A stretch of DNA of 60,584 nt, filler included, from Sphacelaria rigidula (GCA_964200075.2; 10 parts of 10 records of this genome joined end to end with filler, not necessarily neighbours in it), one strand, 5' to 3'; positions 24,600-37,993 are shown, numbered from the whole stretch's first letter. Notes: generated from the letters alone by a model not told the origin. Made by a program: numbers and translations.

Positions 24600-25265
24600 A
24601 CTTATTGAACTGTCGGGTACCGCGGAATATAATTATTACAGAACTTACAGAATCTATCGGGTATGATATGGAGGTTGTACAAAAGCCCTGATCAGCAACC
24701 GGGTGTATCTACAAGGGTATACCAGTGCCCCTGGTCAGGGTACACATTTCGCACATATCGTATAGGACTGTCGGGTACCAGTATGGGAGACTTACAGAAC
24801 TTACAGAACTGTCGGGTACGGGTGTGGGAATCCAAAGAACTTCCAGAACGGTCGGGAATATGCTTAATACCGGAGTATATACCCCAGATATGCAGAAAAA
24901 ATCGCACCATAGAGAACAACGTAACTTGAAATGTACTGAAAGCATGCTTCGATACCTTATGGGTTTTGTGCATAGTTTGGTTTGAGCTTGGTTTTGGCCG
25001 TTCTTCCCCGTCCAAGATTCCCCTGAGGATGGTGGAGGAAAGAAATCCAAGGCTGTCTTCTGTAGGGGACGGGTATTCTCAGCTCGGTATGACGTTTCTT
25101 ACAGAATTTACAGAACTGCCGGGTACCTGTATGAAAGCGTTATAAAAGTCAGAGAACCTATCGGATACGGTATGGAGGTTGTACAGAAACCCTCATCACC
25201 TATCGGGCTATATCGTTGCCCCGGGTAAGGACAAAAATCTCATATCGATTTCACAGAACTATATA
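24600..25265. repeat. Degenerate satellite-like repeat (ACAGAAC / TGTCGGGTAC motifs)
   Basis: Recurrent TTACAGAACTTACAGAACTGTCGGGTAC and TATGGAGGTTGTACA units. Confidence 0.7.
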
Positions 25266-26285
25266 AGTGTAGATGAGGCAACCGGGCGAAGTTGGTCAGC
25301 CTTGAAGGAAGGCTATAGTACCGTAGTAAACGACTCTCTCTTATCGAACATCACCACCGTCAAACCAACTGTCAAACCACAAAATGTACTCTAAACCGGA
25401 GGGGAACGTGGAAGTTGTCAAATGCATCTGCTGACTGAGGGCAGAACGAGCGCTCACTACCCAGGAAACAGCGCACACCGCGCCAGCTGGCGATATGAGC
25501 TTGTTTGCTTGGACGGGTAAGATAGTACTACAAATGGACCGCTAAAGCAAAGACACATGAGATCGCTACGCCCTTCTCAGCATAGCCATTGTTATCATGT
25601 CGGAACGTTGAACCGTTGCGACAAACACAGCTTTCCCTAGACCTGTAGGTTGAAATCGTCACAGTACAGTACCATGAGGGCCCACTTGACCGTCACACTT
25701 GAACTCTCAGGTCACAGTAGGAAAACGAATATGCGTCATCCACCCCACTCTGCTTGTGTCTGATCGCATAATCTCCAACCAGCTGCAGCGGCGGCGCCAG
25801 TAAGCAATTATTGCGGCACCGTCGTTGTCCACCACACTCATCACGTCAATGTGCTGTTTCACGAGAGAGTGCAACAGGCTGACAGGAAGCATATACCATG
25901 CGGTCGAGTACAATACATCACCCCAGTCACCCAGTAACCCAGAAGCCTCAAATACGGCAAGAGAGACACAACCCAAAACTACGATAATCGGAAAACTTAC
26001 GACGCATATGCTGTACGGTAACTTACCATTCCCCCGGCCTCCCTCAAACAGTACGGTCCGAACATGACTATAATTCAGACGACGTTGTGGCAGCGTTTGT
26101 ACCCGGCCCCGGAACATCACCATCGCCCATCTGCGGGTTCCCCGCCAGCCGGACACTGTCGGGCCGGAGGACAGTCAGCTATACACACGAGAGCTACATA
26201 AGACATCCGAAGGGAGCCTTTTCACTGGGGTAAAGCCCACTGCTTTGTTGAGATATTTGCTACTTGGACACAAAACTCTGCTCTT

Positions 26286-29200
26286 TCATTGCGCCGCAGG
26301 TGGGGTTGGGAGCGGCAGAGATGGTGCATTGGCAGGCTTTCCCGCAGCTCGTTCGTCGACCCAGGCGTGGGCAAGCGCCAAGAGGGCACAGACCGCCACG
26401 TCCGACCTCAACACTCGCGATCCCAGCGATACCGCCTGCGTTTGGGAAAATGAACGCAGGCACCCATGGTACTGAAACAAATTTATCACCGCCTCTACGA
26501 ACATGTCGTGTGCACAGCTACGAATGGATGTGACGGAGCGAAGTAATCGATGCGGCAGAACGGACAATAGCATTTCGGTCAATATAGGTCACCAAGAGGT
26601 GAGAATTTTGGAGTGGCTGCGACTGTTGCTTGAAACGCTCTCATATTTATTAAGTGTACTCTTCGTAACGCAACCACAGCAAACATATCAAAACGTGTCG
26701 CCGTTCTAATGGCCTCGGCGTGTTTTTTGTTTCCCTAGTACGAAGCGTCACTTTCTAACGACGAGCATAAGAAAACGATACTTCTCTGTCACATAAATAA
26801 AGGTACCTAAATTTGTACGGGCCCTTAACGATGTCCGTTTTTTTGTTTTTTAATGAACTACTGTTTTTTGGGTTAAGAAAATGTGTTCAAAATTTGCAGC
26901 TCGTGCTTGAACCATACCGCCGAACGGCTGCAAAAAAAGTAGTAGGCCCAAAAATGGCCGTTTTTTGCCCCTTTCCGAGGGGAAAAAAAGTGTCGGCGTG
27001 TGCGATTAAAAAAAACAATAAAAAAATCCCGACACTTTCGTTCCCCTCGGAAAGGGGCGAAAAAACGGCAATTTTTGGGCCGACTACTTGTTTTGCAGCC
27101 GTTCGGCGGCATGGTTCAAGCACGAGCTGCAAATTTTAAACACATGTTTTTAACCCAAAAAAACACCGTAGAGTTCATGAAAAAGAAAAAAACGATCGGA
27201 CATCGTTAAGGACCCATACAAATTTAGGTACCTTTACTTATGGGACAGAGGAAGTATGTCGAGTACGGCCTCCTCGCCAACATTCAAGAATCACATGTGC
27301 CATTCCAACTCGCCTGGAATCCAAATGAGCTGAGGAGGTTCAGCTCGTGTGGCTCCTCCCACCCGCCTTCAGGTCCGACGGTAACCAGCACACCCGCCTC
27401 AGCTGGGTCGCAACCTGTGATATGTCGTGTGCATAGGTCGCATGTAGGGTGGCAGCACCCAAGAGCCTGAAAAGGGCCATCTTGAAAAAAACGTGTTCTG
27501 GAGACAAAAATTGAGCATAGTTCAGATACTTGCTGGGAAGCTATAATAGAGCTACAGCTTTCGATCGCGCCCACCCATGGCATAGGGTTCCCGGCAGGCG
27601 CTACAGGGTTTTTTGTCACGGAACAAAACACTGCGGTCATCAGCGACATTGAGCTCTCCATAAATGCGAGGTACCATCAGGAGGCTTCCAAGTTTCCAAC
27701 GTTCGGGTACATTCCGCAAAGTTTGCGTCCATGAGGCCAAACATTGTTGGCGTCACTGTTTGGAATTGAACGAAGTCGCACATCACACGTCGCATGACCA
27801 TTGTTGCTTGATAGTAGTCCGACACACTGGAAACATGCTGGAGTTGGCGCCACGATGGGCAGTGCGGCGTAGTATCGAGGCTGCCCAGGCCTCGGCTGAG
27901 ATGATGAGCGTGGCAGAAAAAGGCGGGAAAAGAAGGGGCCTCTACAAGCGGAGCTGATGTTCTACTTTTACTGTAGAGCCTCGTTTCCCTACGAACTGTT
28001 TTTATTTTTTTTCCGCTGTGGGATCCCCAAGTGTCGACGTAGCCACAGCGTCAGAAATATATGTTTTGCACTGTGCCCCCAGTGTTATTCATCATGTACG
28101 CCTAGATATCCCACGTGCGTGCCGCCCTGTGCAGTACGTGCCACAAAAAAAATCGTTCTCACAGTAGTTCGCACCCAGACCATTGCAAAGCTGTCGCTGC
28201 CGACAGAGTTGCTTTATGTGGCGGAAATTAGTTCGCCGAAAAGAGCGTGTCACCCCTGTACGTAGCTTCTCATCGTTTAGGAGAAAATGAGACCAAATTA
28301 CATATCCTTGTTCCTGATTCAAATATCTTCCTGCACGGAGAGTTTTGTTGGAAAAATCGGAACCGTTATTTTCAGGGTCTAGTGGTGCCACATCTCTCAG
28401 TTCCGGCACCACACACACACGCACGCACACATCCCTCCGCCTTCCCCGCCCCCCCCCCTTTTTGGCCTCAATGAAACTCCTACACATTGAACGAAAACCG
28501 CTGTAAAAGCAGACTGAAGACATGTACGAACCCCTGCATTATTATTGCTGGAATAGTGATTCAAGTGATCGCCGGATCAGAGAGGCCCCAGTGCAAAGTT
28601 TGCGCTATGTTCACCCCGCGCGCCCGATCTGCAGGGCTGTAGGACACGAAGTTGGGAACAGAAAAGCTGGTAAAAAAAAGCCCGCATATTAGTTTGTACG
28701 TACGAGGCATGTACACTTGGTCCTTATGTGGAGTGTCCAGGGGAAAATACAATACATGTATGCACATGGAAGTTTTGTTCGCTTTGGTGCCCGTGGCTAG
28801 AAATCTGGGGCAAAGCATAGAGAGGCCTGGATCAGAAAGCACATGGCGAGAGCATTCAGTCAATATAAGTTTCGGCGGGTGACGCATGGCCCTCCCGAAG
28901 ATACACGCCGAAACGTCCCTGAAAAGAGCAGTGATTTCCGTTACGTTACAGTACCCGGTGGGGTTTCTCTCCTCGTCTCGGAGCGTGAGTTGCTGAAAGT
29001 GAGGGAGACACAGGCAGAACGAGGGTGTACTGGGCGTACCGTGCCATTTACTCGACTAAAACTGTAGGCCGTACGGTACAATCTGTGGTAAAATTTAGGG
29101 AAGCGACAGAGGTGAGTCACCGTTTGTCATAGCACGTGAACGTCGATCCGTTTTTCTATGGCCGCGCACAGCGTGTAGCCATGCCGGCTCTACCGCAACA

Positions 29201-30141
29201 GCTATGGTGGCTGTTAGAGCGTTTCTCTCCCTTCTTTTATTCTCACACATACTCCGGTAGTCACGAGAAGCACTCTTAAGTCTGGTTGGAGATCCATGCT
29301 TCGAACACCTCTATCTGCTCGCGAATCAGTCTATTTTTTGCTCAAGACGGTGAAACGTTCAAAATCGTCGTTTGGAATGCTTGATGTGGAGGGAAGTGAA
29401 CCCAATCAACCACGTCGGTATCTGACAACACCTTTTCACCACTTTCCTGGTACGATTTTTACATGATCCATAACACCTTCAAGGCAAAAGTAATAACAGA
29501 CGAAGCTGTGGCCGATCAACAATAATCAGCCTCTAGGCTGCTGCTGCCTTAGACAGCACACGCAAAACGTGGAAGGGACAACGAAAAGCAATAAAATCCA
29601 GGCGAACGACAACCAAACAAGGAATAACTGCAACCGCGGCGGGAGAAGCTAAGATTGCCAGAAAGACAAAAGCTCCCTACTGTACTGTACAACACTCCTG
29701 AGCGTAACTTGGAGATATGATATCATACGCCGTCCTACTTTCCTCACCTTCCGGTGGTTCTACTTCAGCAAACCGCTTCGCCGCGATAGACAACCCCGCC
29801 TCCCCAGCCCGTCGCGGCCCTTCAACACTGCCGTCACCCGCTACCCCGGTCACGCCTACCTTTCCTTCCTCTTCTCGCACCCGCCCATGCCATGCCGCCC
29901 CACCGTTACAAGTTTCATTTTCTTGCGTCACCCCCCGTCCCTCTCCCCGTCCTTGTCCTTCTAAGCTTACTTGTGCGCATGCGGACGGGAGCGATTGGGA
30001 GATTGGCGTGCAGGAAAGCCTGTTGGGATGGGCAACGATCCTCGCCCAACGGTCGCTCGGGAAAAGTTGCTCAAGGTCATCCTCCAGAAAGACCTTGAGG
30101 CGACGCACGACCACCACCTCGGGGAGGGCTGTGTGTCCAGA
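26286..30141 (-). CDS. rsmE: RsmE-family (16S rRNA m3U1498) SPOUT methyltransferase, C-terminal 3 exons; probably organelle-targeted
   Basis: Exons 30141-29748 (or ending 29971), 27414 (or 27466)-27314, and 26435-26286 (stop): SGHTALPEV..RRLKVFLED..IVAHP ... VLVTVGPEGGWEEPHELNLL..GFQ-AVSLGSRVLRSDVAVCALLA, matching the RsmE motifs GPEGG and SLGxRxLRxETA. Confidence 0.88.
26781..27254. mobile_element. Stowaway-like (Tc1/mariner) foldback MITE in the rsmE intron
   Basis: TA|CTTCTCTGTCACATAA...TTATGGGACAGAGGAAG|TA; the element is a near-complete palindrome. Confidence 0.85.
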
Positions 30142-32065
30142 CTGAAGAATCCAACATAAAACCGAGAGAGGGGGGGGCGAAGGGAAGAAAGAGAGCTTAG
30201 TGTCATGGGGAGGAGGAGGGGAGGGGGGGTCCGGTCTGGAGGTANNNNNNNNNNNNNNNNNNNNNNNNNNNNNNNNNNNNNNNNNNNNTTAATTAATTAA
30301 NNNNNNNNNNNNNNNNNNNNNNNNNNNNNNNNNNNNNNNNNNNNTACTCCAGAAAAACTCAGAAAAAAGGACGTCTACGAATTCTGAAAACTTCTGATGC
30401 TGACTACTATACGCGATTCACCGACCGTTGGAACTCTTGCGGGTCTGAAAAGCACACCGTGGGCGATATAGTGCAGCGTGAAAGGTGCGAACAATCAACC
30501 AGATGTCGTTCAAAGAACAAGACCTCGAAATCAGCACTCTTCCATTTTCAGTACCAAAAGGGTCAAGGGAAAAAGGGTGCCGGTCACTCTTCTTCCAGGA
30601 GCCATACCCTTCCCGCCCCCGTCCCCGTCCCCTGGCCGTTTTTTTCGGGCAAATTACGGATTTCACACAATCGTTTCCAGCCCAAGAACAAACCTTTCAT
30701 TGCTGTGTTCACCCAACCACGATTTCTCACAGTTCAGGCAGCGCCCAGGGATTATATGCTTGGTGTACCCCCACCTACCGATGTACGACGAAATCGATAA
30801 GATGTGAAAACCAGACCGAACTCGTAGGGTCATCACAGTTGTGTACAGCATTATCTTCGGGCGGAATACAACATGTATACTTTGTCTGTATATATATGTC
30901 ATGTATTGTTGTGGGAAGTAGTGTGTAGAGATTTAGTGTTTCCCGCAGAAGCATGCCATCAAATATTTTCGACCCCCTGCACATGAAGATCGGTGAGCCG
31001 TTCTCTCTGTGCTACAGATAGACAATACTCGCGGATGACATTGCACATCTTGGTTTTTTTCTAGGGGATCAAAAGTATATCAGTCAGCTACCGTTTGAGG
31101 CCACATGAAACAAAAGGGCATACTGTAGGCAACATCTGCGGGTACCCTAGCAATGAAGTATTCTAGGTTTGAGTTGAGATTTTTTCAAGTGTTTCTTGTA
31201 TCGTTCTACGCGTCGGGGTTGACCTTGAAATTTTTCCGTCGTTTTTATTTTTTCATTGTCATAATCTTTTATTTCATCGTTCACCGCCGGATGTTCCAAA
31301 GCGCCGATTTCGTCATGGATAATTTCAACCCCCCTGCTACGCTACATATCTCCTGCAGTACTCCACGCGCCCCGTATTGCTATGACCATAAAACTCCCGC
31401 GACCAGCAGGTTCACAAGTCCACAACAGAAACCGTAGCGCTGATTTTTGGGTGAAAAAAGTTCAAACGTGGAAAGGAATCGTGTCTCATGACCATAACCA
31501 TGAGGAAAGAGTTGTGCAGTTCAACGAACAAGCGGAACTAAAATCGAGCACGGATATCGCGCGGACAGTGAGAGCGACATGATTTCTGGAAATAAGTGCG
31601 TCTTTATCGCATCATGTTTAAGCGCGATCCCTGAAGAACAGCGATCCCTGAAGAACAACCCGCGGGATGAAATGCGTCATGACGACGGGAGTGTGGCGGA
31701 TGAAAAATAAGGGGTCAACAAATATGAATGTCGGCTTTGCGCTCGTTTTTTCTTTTTTTTACTACGAGCCCAAAAATATAGTTGCTGATTGTTTTTATGT
31801 TTCGACATACGTACATGCTTTTTGTAGTGTGCAATCAGGGCTGTGAACAAGCAAAAAAACAAGTCCGGAGCGTTATTACGACCGTCGTAACGGGAGGAAA
31901 ATAGCGTTCATGATGTACGATTGTTACAGGGGATGACATCAATTGGTGATGACACCTTTTCTCGTTTTCCTCGCTCGATTTTCCACAAGGCTGCGGGTGG
32001 GGTGGCGCCGAATCTTGCACTGTTGAAAATAGTATGCTCGAGGTTTGTCCCTTCAGGGCAGTGTA

Positions 32066-32807
32066 GAGCAATGCTACCGTAGGGGTGCCCTTTTCGCGCA
32101 AAATATTTTCTGGTTCAGGAGCTCCCACCGATTCTAGATGCACAAGAGTATGGGATGAGTCAGGGCATCCCCGTTTGCAAATTTATTCGGTACATCCCTA
32201 CAGTAGCACAGTGGAATAGTAATCCTGGCTTACTCTCACATAATTCATAATAAGGCTACTTCTTATGTATCGAAAAGTAAAAGTTGTTGAAAAGTGCTTT
32301 TTTGGCTCTTCTCCGTCGTTTTTGTCCCCAAAAGAGGGCTAGGCGGATGTGGACACCTTGGAATGACTTGCTCTACTCGCTGAGACCGTTCCAGAGCACC
32401 TTTGCGTTTTCTGTTGGTCACAGTTTGGTTCTTGGCCATAAATGCATTTTCAATAACATACGGTCAAGGTATCGAAAAACAGGGGGAAAATTACCATTTT
32501 TTCAATAACTCGACCGTTTGTTATTAAAAATGCATTTATGGCCAAGAACCAAACTGTGACCAACAGAAAACACAAAGGTGCTCTGGAACGGTCTCAGCGA
32601 GTAGAGCAAGTCATTCCAAGATGTCCACATCCGCCTAGCCCTCTTTTGGGGACAAAAACGACGGAGAAGGACCAAAAAAGCATTTTCCAACAACTTTTAC
32701 TTTTCGATACATAAGAAGTAGCCTAAGTGCTGTTTTGGATTAGATAAATGGCTCCCAACAATTCTAACCCCAGAAAATGTTTGTGCACCCCTATTGCAGC
32801 ACCACTC
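32066..32807. mobile_element. Sola-like MITE interrupted by a foldback element
   Basis: GAGCAATGCTACCGTAGGGGTGC ... GCACCCCTATTGCAGCACCACTC; flanks TGTA/TATA; internal sequence homologous to 8182-8441. Confidence 0.8.
32254..32723. mobile_element. Tourist-like (PIF/Harbinger) foldback MITE
   Basis: TAA|GGCTACTTCTTATGTATCG...CGATACATAAGAAGTAGCC|TAA; arms of about 210 bp, nearly identical. Confidence 0.9.
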
Positions 32808-33309
32808 TATACGGTTTTCAACCGCAAAGCCGGGGTTGTTGTGTTTCGTTTTGGGGGAGGTGTACTAATGATCATTGCACGCCATAGTCATGAGACCATA
32901 TGACCTCTTTTGTTCCGGGGAGGGGGGCGTCAATATTCGTGTACGTTTCATCCAAATCATTCTCAAAACCGACGACGCGGTGTTCCGCAAACGCTGAAAG
33001 TTGGGTGTATCGGGTGTCTGCCCTTCATCATCATCATCACATGCTGGGGCAGCAATTCCACTCTTGCTCGTCGATATTTGTCCGATCACACGGCGGAGGA
33101 GACTTTCTAGCACCCGCAGGCAATTCTGCGACGCACTATTAGAGCTCCTTCAGGACATTTGAGAAAAACGTTCACTCTTCCTGATGAGGGTGTATTGAAT
33201 CAATCTATCATAGACCCCGAGGTTTATGGTCGGCACCCCCTCCATACAATGACCCATGATAGCCGGCCTTGACGTGTAAGTCCTGCCTCTCTCTCTGTTG
33301 GTTTCTCAC

Positions 33310-34423
33310 CCGAGCTCGGCAGCCCTTGTGTACCACGCGCCGGCAGCCGATAAATCCCTCGCGACACCTCGACCGAGCTCGTGCATAAGCCCCACCGCAT
33401 TCGCTGCGGATGGTTCACCAGCATTGGCTGCGCGCAAGTAGAACCGCAGAGCCTCGGGGAGGTTCCTCAGGCAACCGATGCCGTTGTAGAGCATATCGGC
33501 TACACACACCGCTGGTGAACCATGACCCCGCAGAGATTAGACCACGGACCGGGAGGTTGGGGAGCGAGGGCTGAGTTGCGGGGGATCGAACACTGCAACA
33601 CTTTAAAGAAAAGGAAACGATAGCCTGGCAAATTCTGCCTCGTCTTGCCTTTACAAGCATACGGACATTTTGAATTGTTGAACTTTAGCCGGCCCGGTTT
33701 CAACCCTCACCGGGTGACAACCGATCGACGACATGGCACTGTGGGCCATATCCATGCTACTGAGTATTTCGTTTTTATGCCCTATAATGCGTGTTCGTAA
33801 GCCTTCAAACATCGACATATAATAAAAGCATCCGCATCCTGGCCATTACTGTCAAAATCTTGTCGCTCCTACCCCCCCTCCCCTGGTTAGACACTCATGG
33901 GACAGTGTATAAGCCGTGGCTGTCTCTGGAAGTTGCGATACCACAAAATAAAGCAACTCGTTGTTGGCTGCCATTCACACGCAAGCTTATCAGTAGGCTT
34001 CGGGCCGATTACTCTTAGCAGGATGCAGCTCACCCTTCATGCGACTCGCCAAACACACCACGGCGCTTCGCTCTTGGTGGTTNNNNNNNNNNGTAGGGGT
34101 GCAAGGTCAGTAGTCTAATGACTATGGCATGCATGATCATGAGTACACCCCCCTTCCCCCCCCGACCCCATGTCCCGAGTAAAAATGATAGCGCTGTCCA
34201 GGAAGCGAACAGTGAAGCGCTGCTTACCTGCGGTTGGATGGACTACCGGCCCTTCCGCTGCAGCTAGAAAGTTCTCGAAGGCTGCCACAGGGTCGAGCGG
34301 TATTCCCAAGCCCTGTTCGTAAAGGCGGCCGAGCTGGTAGGATGCATCGGCCACGCCATGATCAGCCGCACGTCGGAATAGATCCGCCGCCTCTCGTAGT
34401 TGCGCAGTTGCCTCACGGCACAC
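33310..34423 (-). CDS. Sel1-like repeat (SLR) protein, 2 internal exons
   Basis: Exons 34423-34228 and 33511-33310 (GT-AG, phase-compatible): EAADLFRRAADHGVADASYQLGRLYEQGLGIPLDPVAAFENFLAAAE...VADMLYNGIGCLRNLPEALRFYLRAANAGEPSAANAVGLMHELGRGVARDLSAAGAWYTRAAELG, the SEL1 consensus. Confidence 0.9.
33890..34170 (+). mobile_element. Short retroposon with C-rich tail, in the Sel1 gene intron
   Basis: Homologous to 54135-54450 (CTTAGCAGGATGCAGCTCACCCTTCATGCGACTCGCC); ends ATGACTATGGCATGCATGATCATGAGTACACCCCCCTTCCCCCCC. Confidence 0.8.
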
Positions 34424-35408
34424 CTGTGAACCGTGGATACGTAACGCCCGAGATGGTAGCCCCCGCAAGCGGAAGGAGTAACAGCTGAGGTGGAGGGTGA
34501 CGACCCGTGGGCTTCGGTCAAAATTTTGATGGGGTAACAGTATTGGGCGTACCCCATGGATACCCCCACGGCAACTGAGTAATATCCACGGACAAATACG
34601 ATTGCCCACGGTGCCCGGGCATCGTTGCATTGCATCAGGTGTAGAAAATCGTCATGGTCTAGACTTTTTGTACCGCAAGGAATGCGCAATTACCCATCAC
34701 TGTACCCAATCGAGCACACACATACATATATATATATATATACAAGAGGTTCGGCGGCTTCCGCCGCCGCGCTCAATGAGATCGATAGCCAAGATACGTG
34801 AGGACCGGTCATCGTTGCTCGCATTAGGTGACGGAACAGGTCATAGCTTCAAGTGCAGTATATTGCGCTGTGTGCATGTGGAGACCCGTGTCCTGGGGGC
34901 AGGGTATGAAGAAGAGGCTTTATGATGTTTTGACAACTGTACCGATCCGGTAGAACGGGCAAAAGACTACCCCCACCGTCGAAGAACAGATACGAAGACA
35001 CTCATTTACTACTTCCACCCACAGCAACGAATAGGAACACGATACCCGGGGACACAAAGACTTGCGACGGACACACACGATTGTTCGCAACCATGAGTCC
35101 AGAACTATTGCACCGCAGAAACGCCCATCGTACAGAACAGGGTCCAGAAACAGCAACTGAAAGGGCATAAAATATTCATTCCCCCTCCTTGGTGGGCAAC
35201 AACGAAGCAGGCAACACCCGCAAAGTAGTGGATATATAAGATAAACGGAAGAAGTAAAGCAACAATATGTATATATGTAAATAACATATCCTTTTTTACT
35301 ATCCATGCTTTCACAGCGGTCCTGGTACACGAGGCACTTCCGGGGCAGGGCTGGCACACCTCTAGCGTGTGTTGATCTTCACACGCATATCGCATCGTCC
35401 CAACTGTA

Positions 35409-35520
35409 GAGCAATGCTACGGTAGGGGTGCGCTTTTTGCGCAAAATCTTGTCTGGTTCAGGAGCTCATAACGATTCTAGATGCACAAGAATATAGGTCA
35501 GGGCATCCCCGTTAAATTTT
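35409..35520. mobile_element. Left part of Sola-like MITE
   Basis: GAGCAATGCTACGGTAGGGGTGCGC...TCTGGTTCAGGAGCTC...ATTCTAGATGCACAAGA. Confidence 0.8.
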
Positions 35521-37788
35521 CTGGTTGTTCTGCGACAGGCACCCCCCCCCTTCCCCCCCGCCGCTCTCTTGAAACCCCCGGATGTCCGTGGACGGCCAGC
35601 CAGTGGAATTGTTCCGAGGCGAGGCTCGCGGTCAAAGGGTCAAGAAATTTACTCTCACATTCTCAAAGATTACAGTACTTGGCGCCTGAACTGTTTATAT
35701 TGTCAATTTCTTCGTAATCGGCGATTATGTCAGGTTCTTTCGCTTGCCACGGCTCATCACACTGAGGACCTGCAGATACTTGTACAGTACCCCCTCCACA
35801 TTCTAAGAAAAAAAACATCTGTACAGTACTCAATATATTGAAGGACTTACGGGCTGACCGGTCATCGGGGATCCTGTCACGTTTCAGCCCAAATTCTAAC
35901 TTTTCGGTATTTTCGGTGGATCGAGCCTGCCCCGATCGTATTTGTGAAAAAATGTGCATTTTTTTTTTTTTTAAATTCTACCTACTCGTTGCGCTAGAGT
36001 TGAATAACTGTGTTTCACGGTCAATAGCACCCTCCTGATAAACGGGGTATCTACTCGTATCGCGCGATAACACCAAGTAACTCTAACTTGGGCACTGGGG
36101 GGGGGGGAGAAGACGATCTGTTCATTTTACCAAATCTACCGACGCTGACACTTTCGAGTTCTATCGAAGAGCGGTCGCGAGAAAAAAACCCTCCTGTACA
36201 ATAAAACGTTCAGGCACCCAGTACTATATATCCCTGCCCCCACCCCCCACCCCCCACCCTCGAGGTCAATAGTCTTATGACTATGACATGCATGATCATG
36301 ACTAACCCCCCCNNNNNNNNNNNNNNNNNNNNNNNNNNNNNNNNNNNNNNNNNNNNTTAATTAATTAANNNNNNNNNNNNNNNNNNNNNNNNNNNNNNNN
36401 NNNNNNNNNNNNCAGTGTGAGGTCAAATGACGTGGATGCCATGTGGTTTCAAATATACACCATTATATCAGTGTTGTGGTCAGAATGTGCTTGTCTTCTA
36501 GTGTGGTGGTGAACGCTGCTCGGTTTCAGTGTATTTTAATCTGCTCCGTTCCACTACGGTAATTTGCCGTTGTACCCGGCTTCAGTTGAGGTTGTTGTTG
36601 TCTTCACATTAAAAGCCGCTCCGATATGTGCGCGGTAAATTCGTACTGGGCATCTGATGCGGACGCCTTCCGTGGTCACAGGCTAGCTACCTATGACAGC
36701 CTGGATTCGAATTTGAGGTTCAACATTTGGGCGAGGTTCAACGGACCATTGAAATTTCACTTCCTTTGTCCAAAAGGCTCGAGATTCGCAACCGGTTTCG
36801 ACCATGTAAGCCGAACCCAGAAGTTTCTGCACGGCAGTGCAAGCATGATGATGATCAGTCAAACAGAAAAACCGCCGTCATTCATTGTCCCGCAGTTTTT
36901 TAGCGGGATCTGCGTCTAAGCACTACGGAGCACGTAACAAAAATGCTAAAAACGTACTTCTTTGGACTAGTCGTCGGGTTGTCGAGCGCCTCTTCTTGTT
37001 GAGTATCTGAGAGAAACTTCACACTGTTGCGCCGGTGACGACCGCCGTCAGCGGAACGATCCAATCCGGGAACAGACACCAGCGATCTTTGTAACGCAGC
37101 ATCATTCAGCAGTCTGCCGAGATACACCATCACCAGAGTACAGCATCACTACAGTACAATCGTCAGTTGGATAAAGTGGGTGCCCCACAATAAAGCTGCA
37201 GAGACACACAACGGGGGTAAGGATCAGTCCCACGGTTGGGGTTGTTTCGCCAGTAGTGCCCATGCGAGGCGCTTTATCCGGTCTATACCAGCTATCACGC
37301 CGTGTATGGTCACCTCCGCCGTGGCTGTGTTGAGAACCGGTTCCGCGGTGAGGCTGTCGAACAGTACCATACTGTTGTGCAACGCGCTTGCAAAATCTGA
37401 GCCGTTTCTCTTAATTTAGAACCCGCATCAGCTGTAGTTTGAATATCTCTCCTGGCGGTCCCAACTGGGGTCTGATCCAGGGGCGGAAAGCGCTGGCACC
37501 CTCCCCCTCAGATAGGATTTGTGACAACTGTGGGGTATTTGGGGAAAATCGCTTGGAATGAAACATGTAGAATAGTATTCAGGGATATCGTAGTATATCT
37601 TTCCCTGTTCAAGATCGAAACTTCCTTGCTTGAACGCTTTGTACCCGTTACAATGAACTACTGCTTTCCAAGCAAACGACCCGTCATTTTAGGACTTCCA
37701 CTGGGGTCTACCCCTAAGCACGCGGTCCCCTCACGCATCACGACACTAACGTGGCTGGGACACGTCAGGAAACGCTCCGGAAACTACC

Positions 37789-37993
37789 TGCAATGCCTGA
37801 GAGGACCGCGTGCTTAGAGGACCGCATCTGAATTTGAATATCCGTATGGTTGGGGTTAGGGTTCGTATTGGGGTTAGAGTCAGGGGCATGGTACCTGCAG
37901 GGACTGGCCCAATTGGTGTAAAAATATGTGGATCCTGGGGTGTTTTGGACTACGCCGTGGTCCCCTAAGCACGCCGTCCTCTCACGCATTACA
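37789..37993. mobile_element. Ginger-like telomere-repeat MITE
   Basis: TGCAATGCCTGAGAGGACCGCG...CTCTCACGCATTACA; 5-bp TSD CTACC. Confidence 0.9.

Noticed and set aside
24600..25265. CRISPR-like repeat-spacer array
   Set aside because: Units are degenerate and irregularly spaced, there are no constant-length unique spacers or cas genes, and the context is eukaryotic.
32284..32693. Pair of near-identical convergent ORFs (similar pairs at 26813-27139 and 46022-46832)
   Set aside because: By-products of palindromic MITE arms.
36900..37419. Possible missing 5' exon of the Hsp70-like gene, or an antisense gene
   Set aside because: No DFGT motif found on the plus strand; minus-strand frames are broken by stops and unrecognisable.
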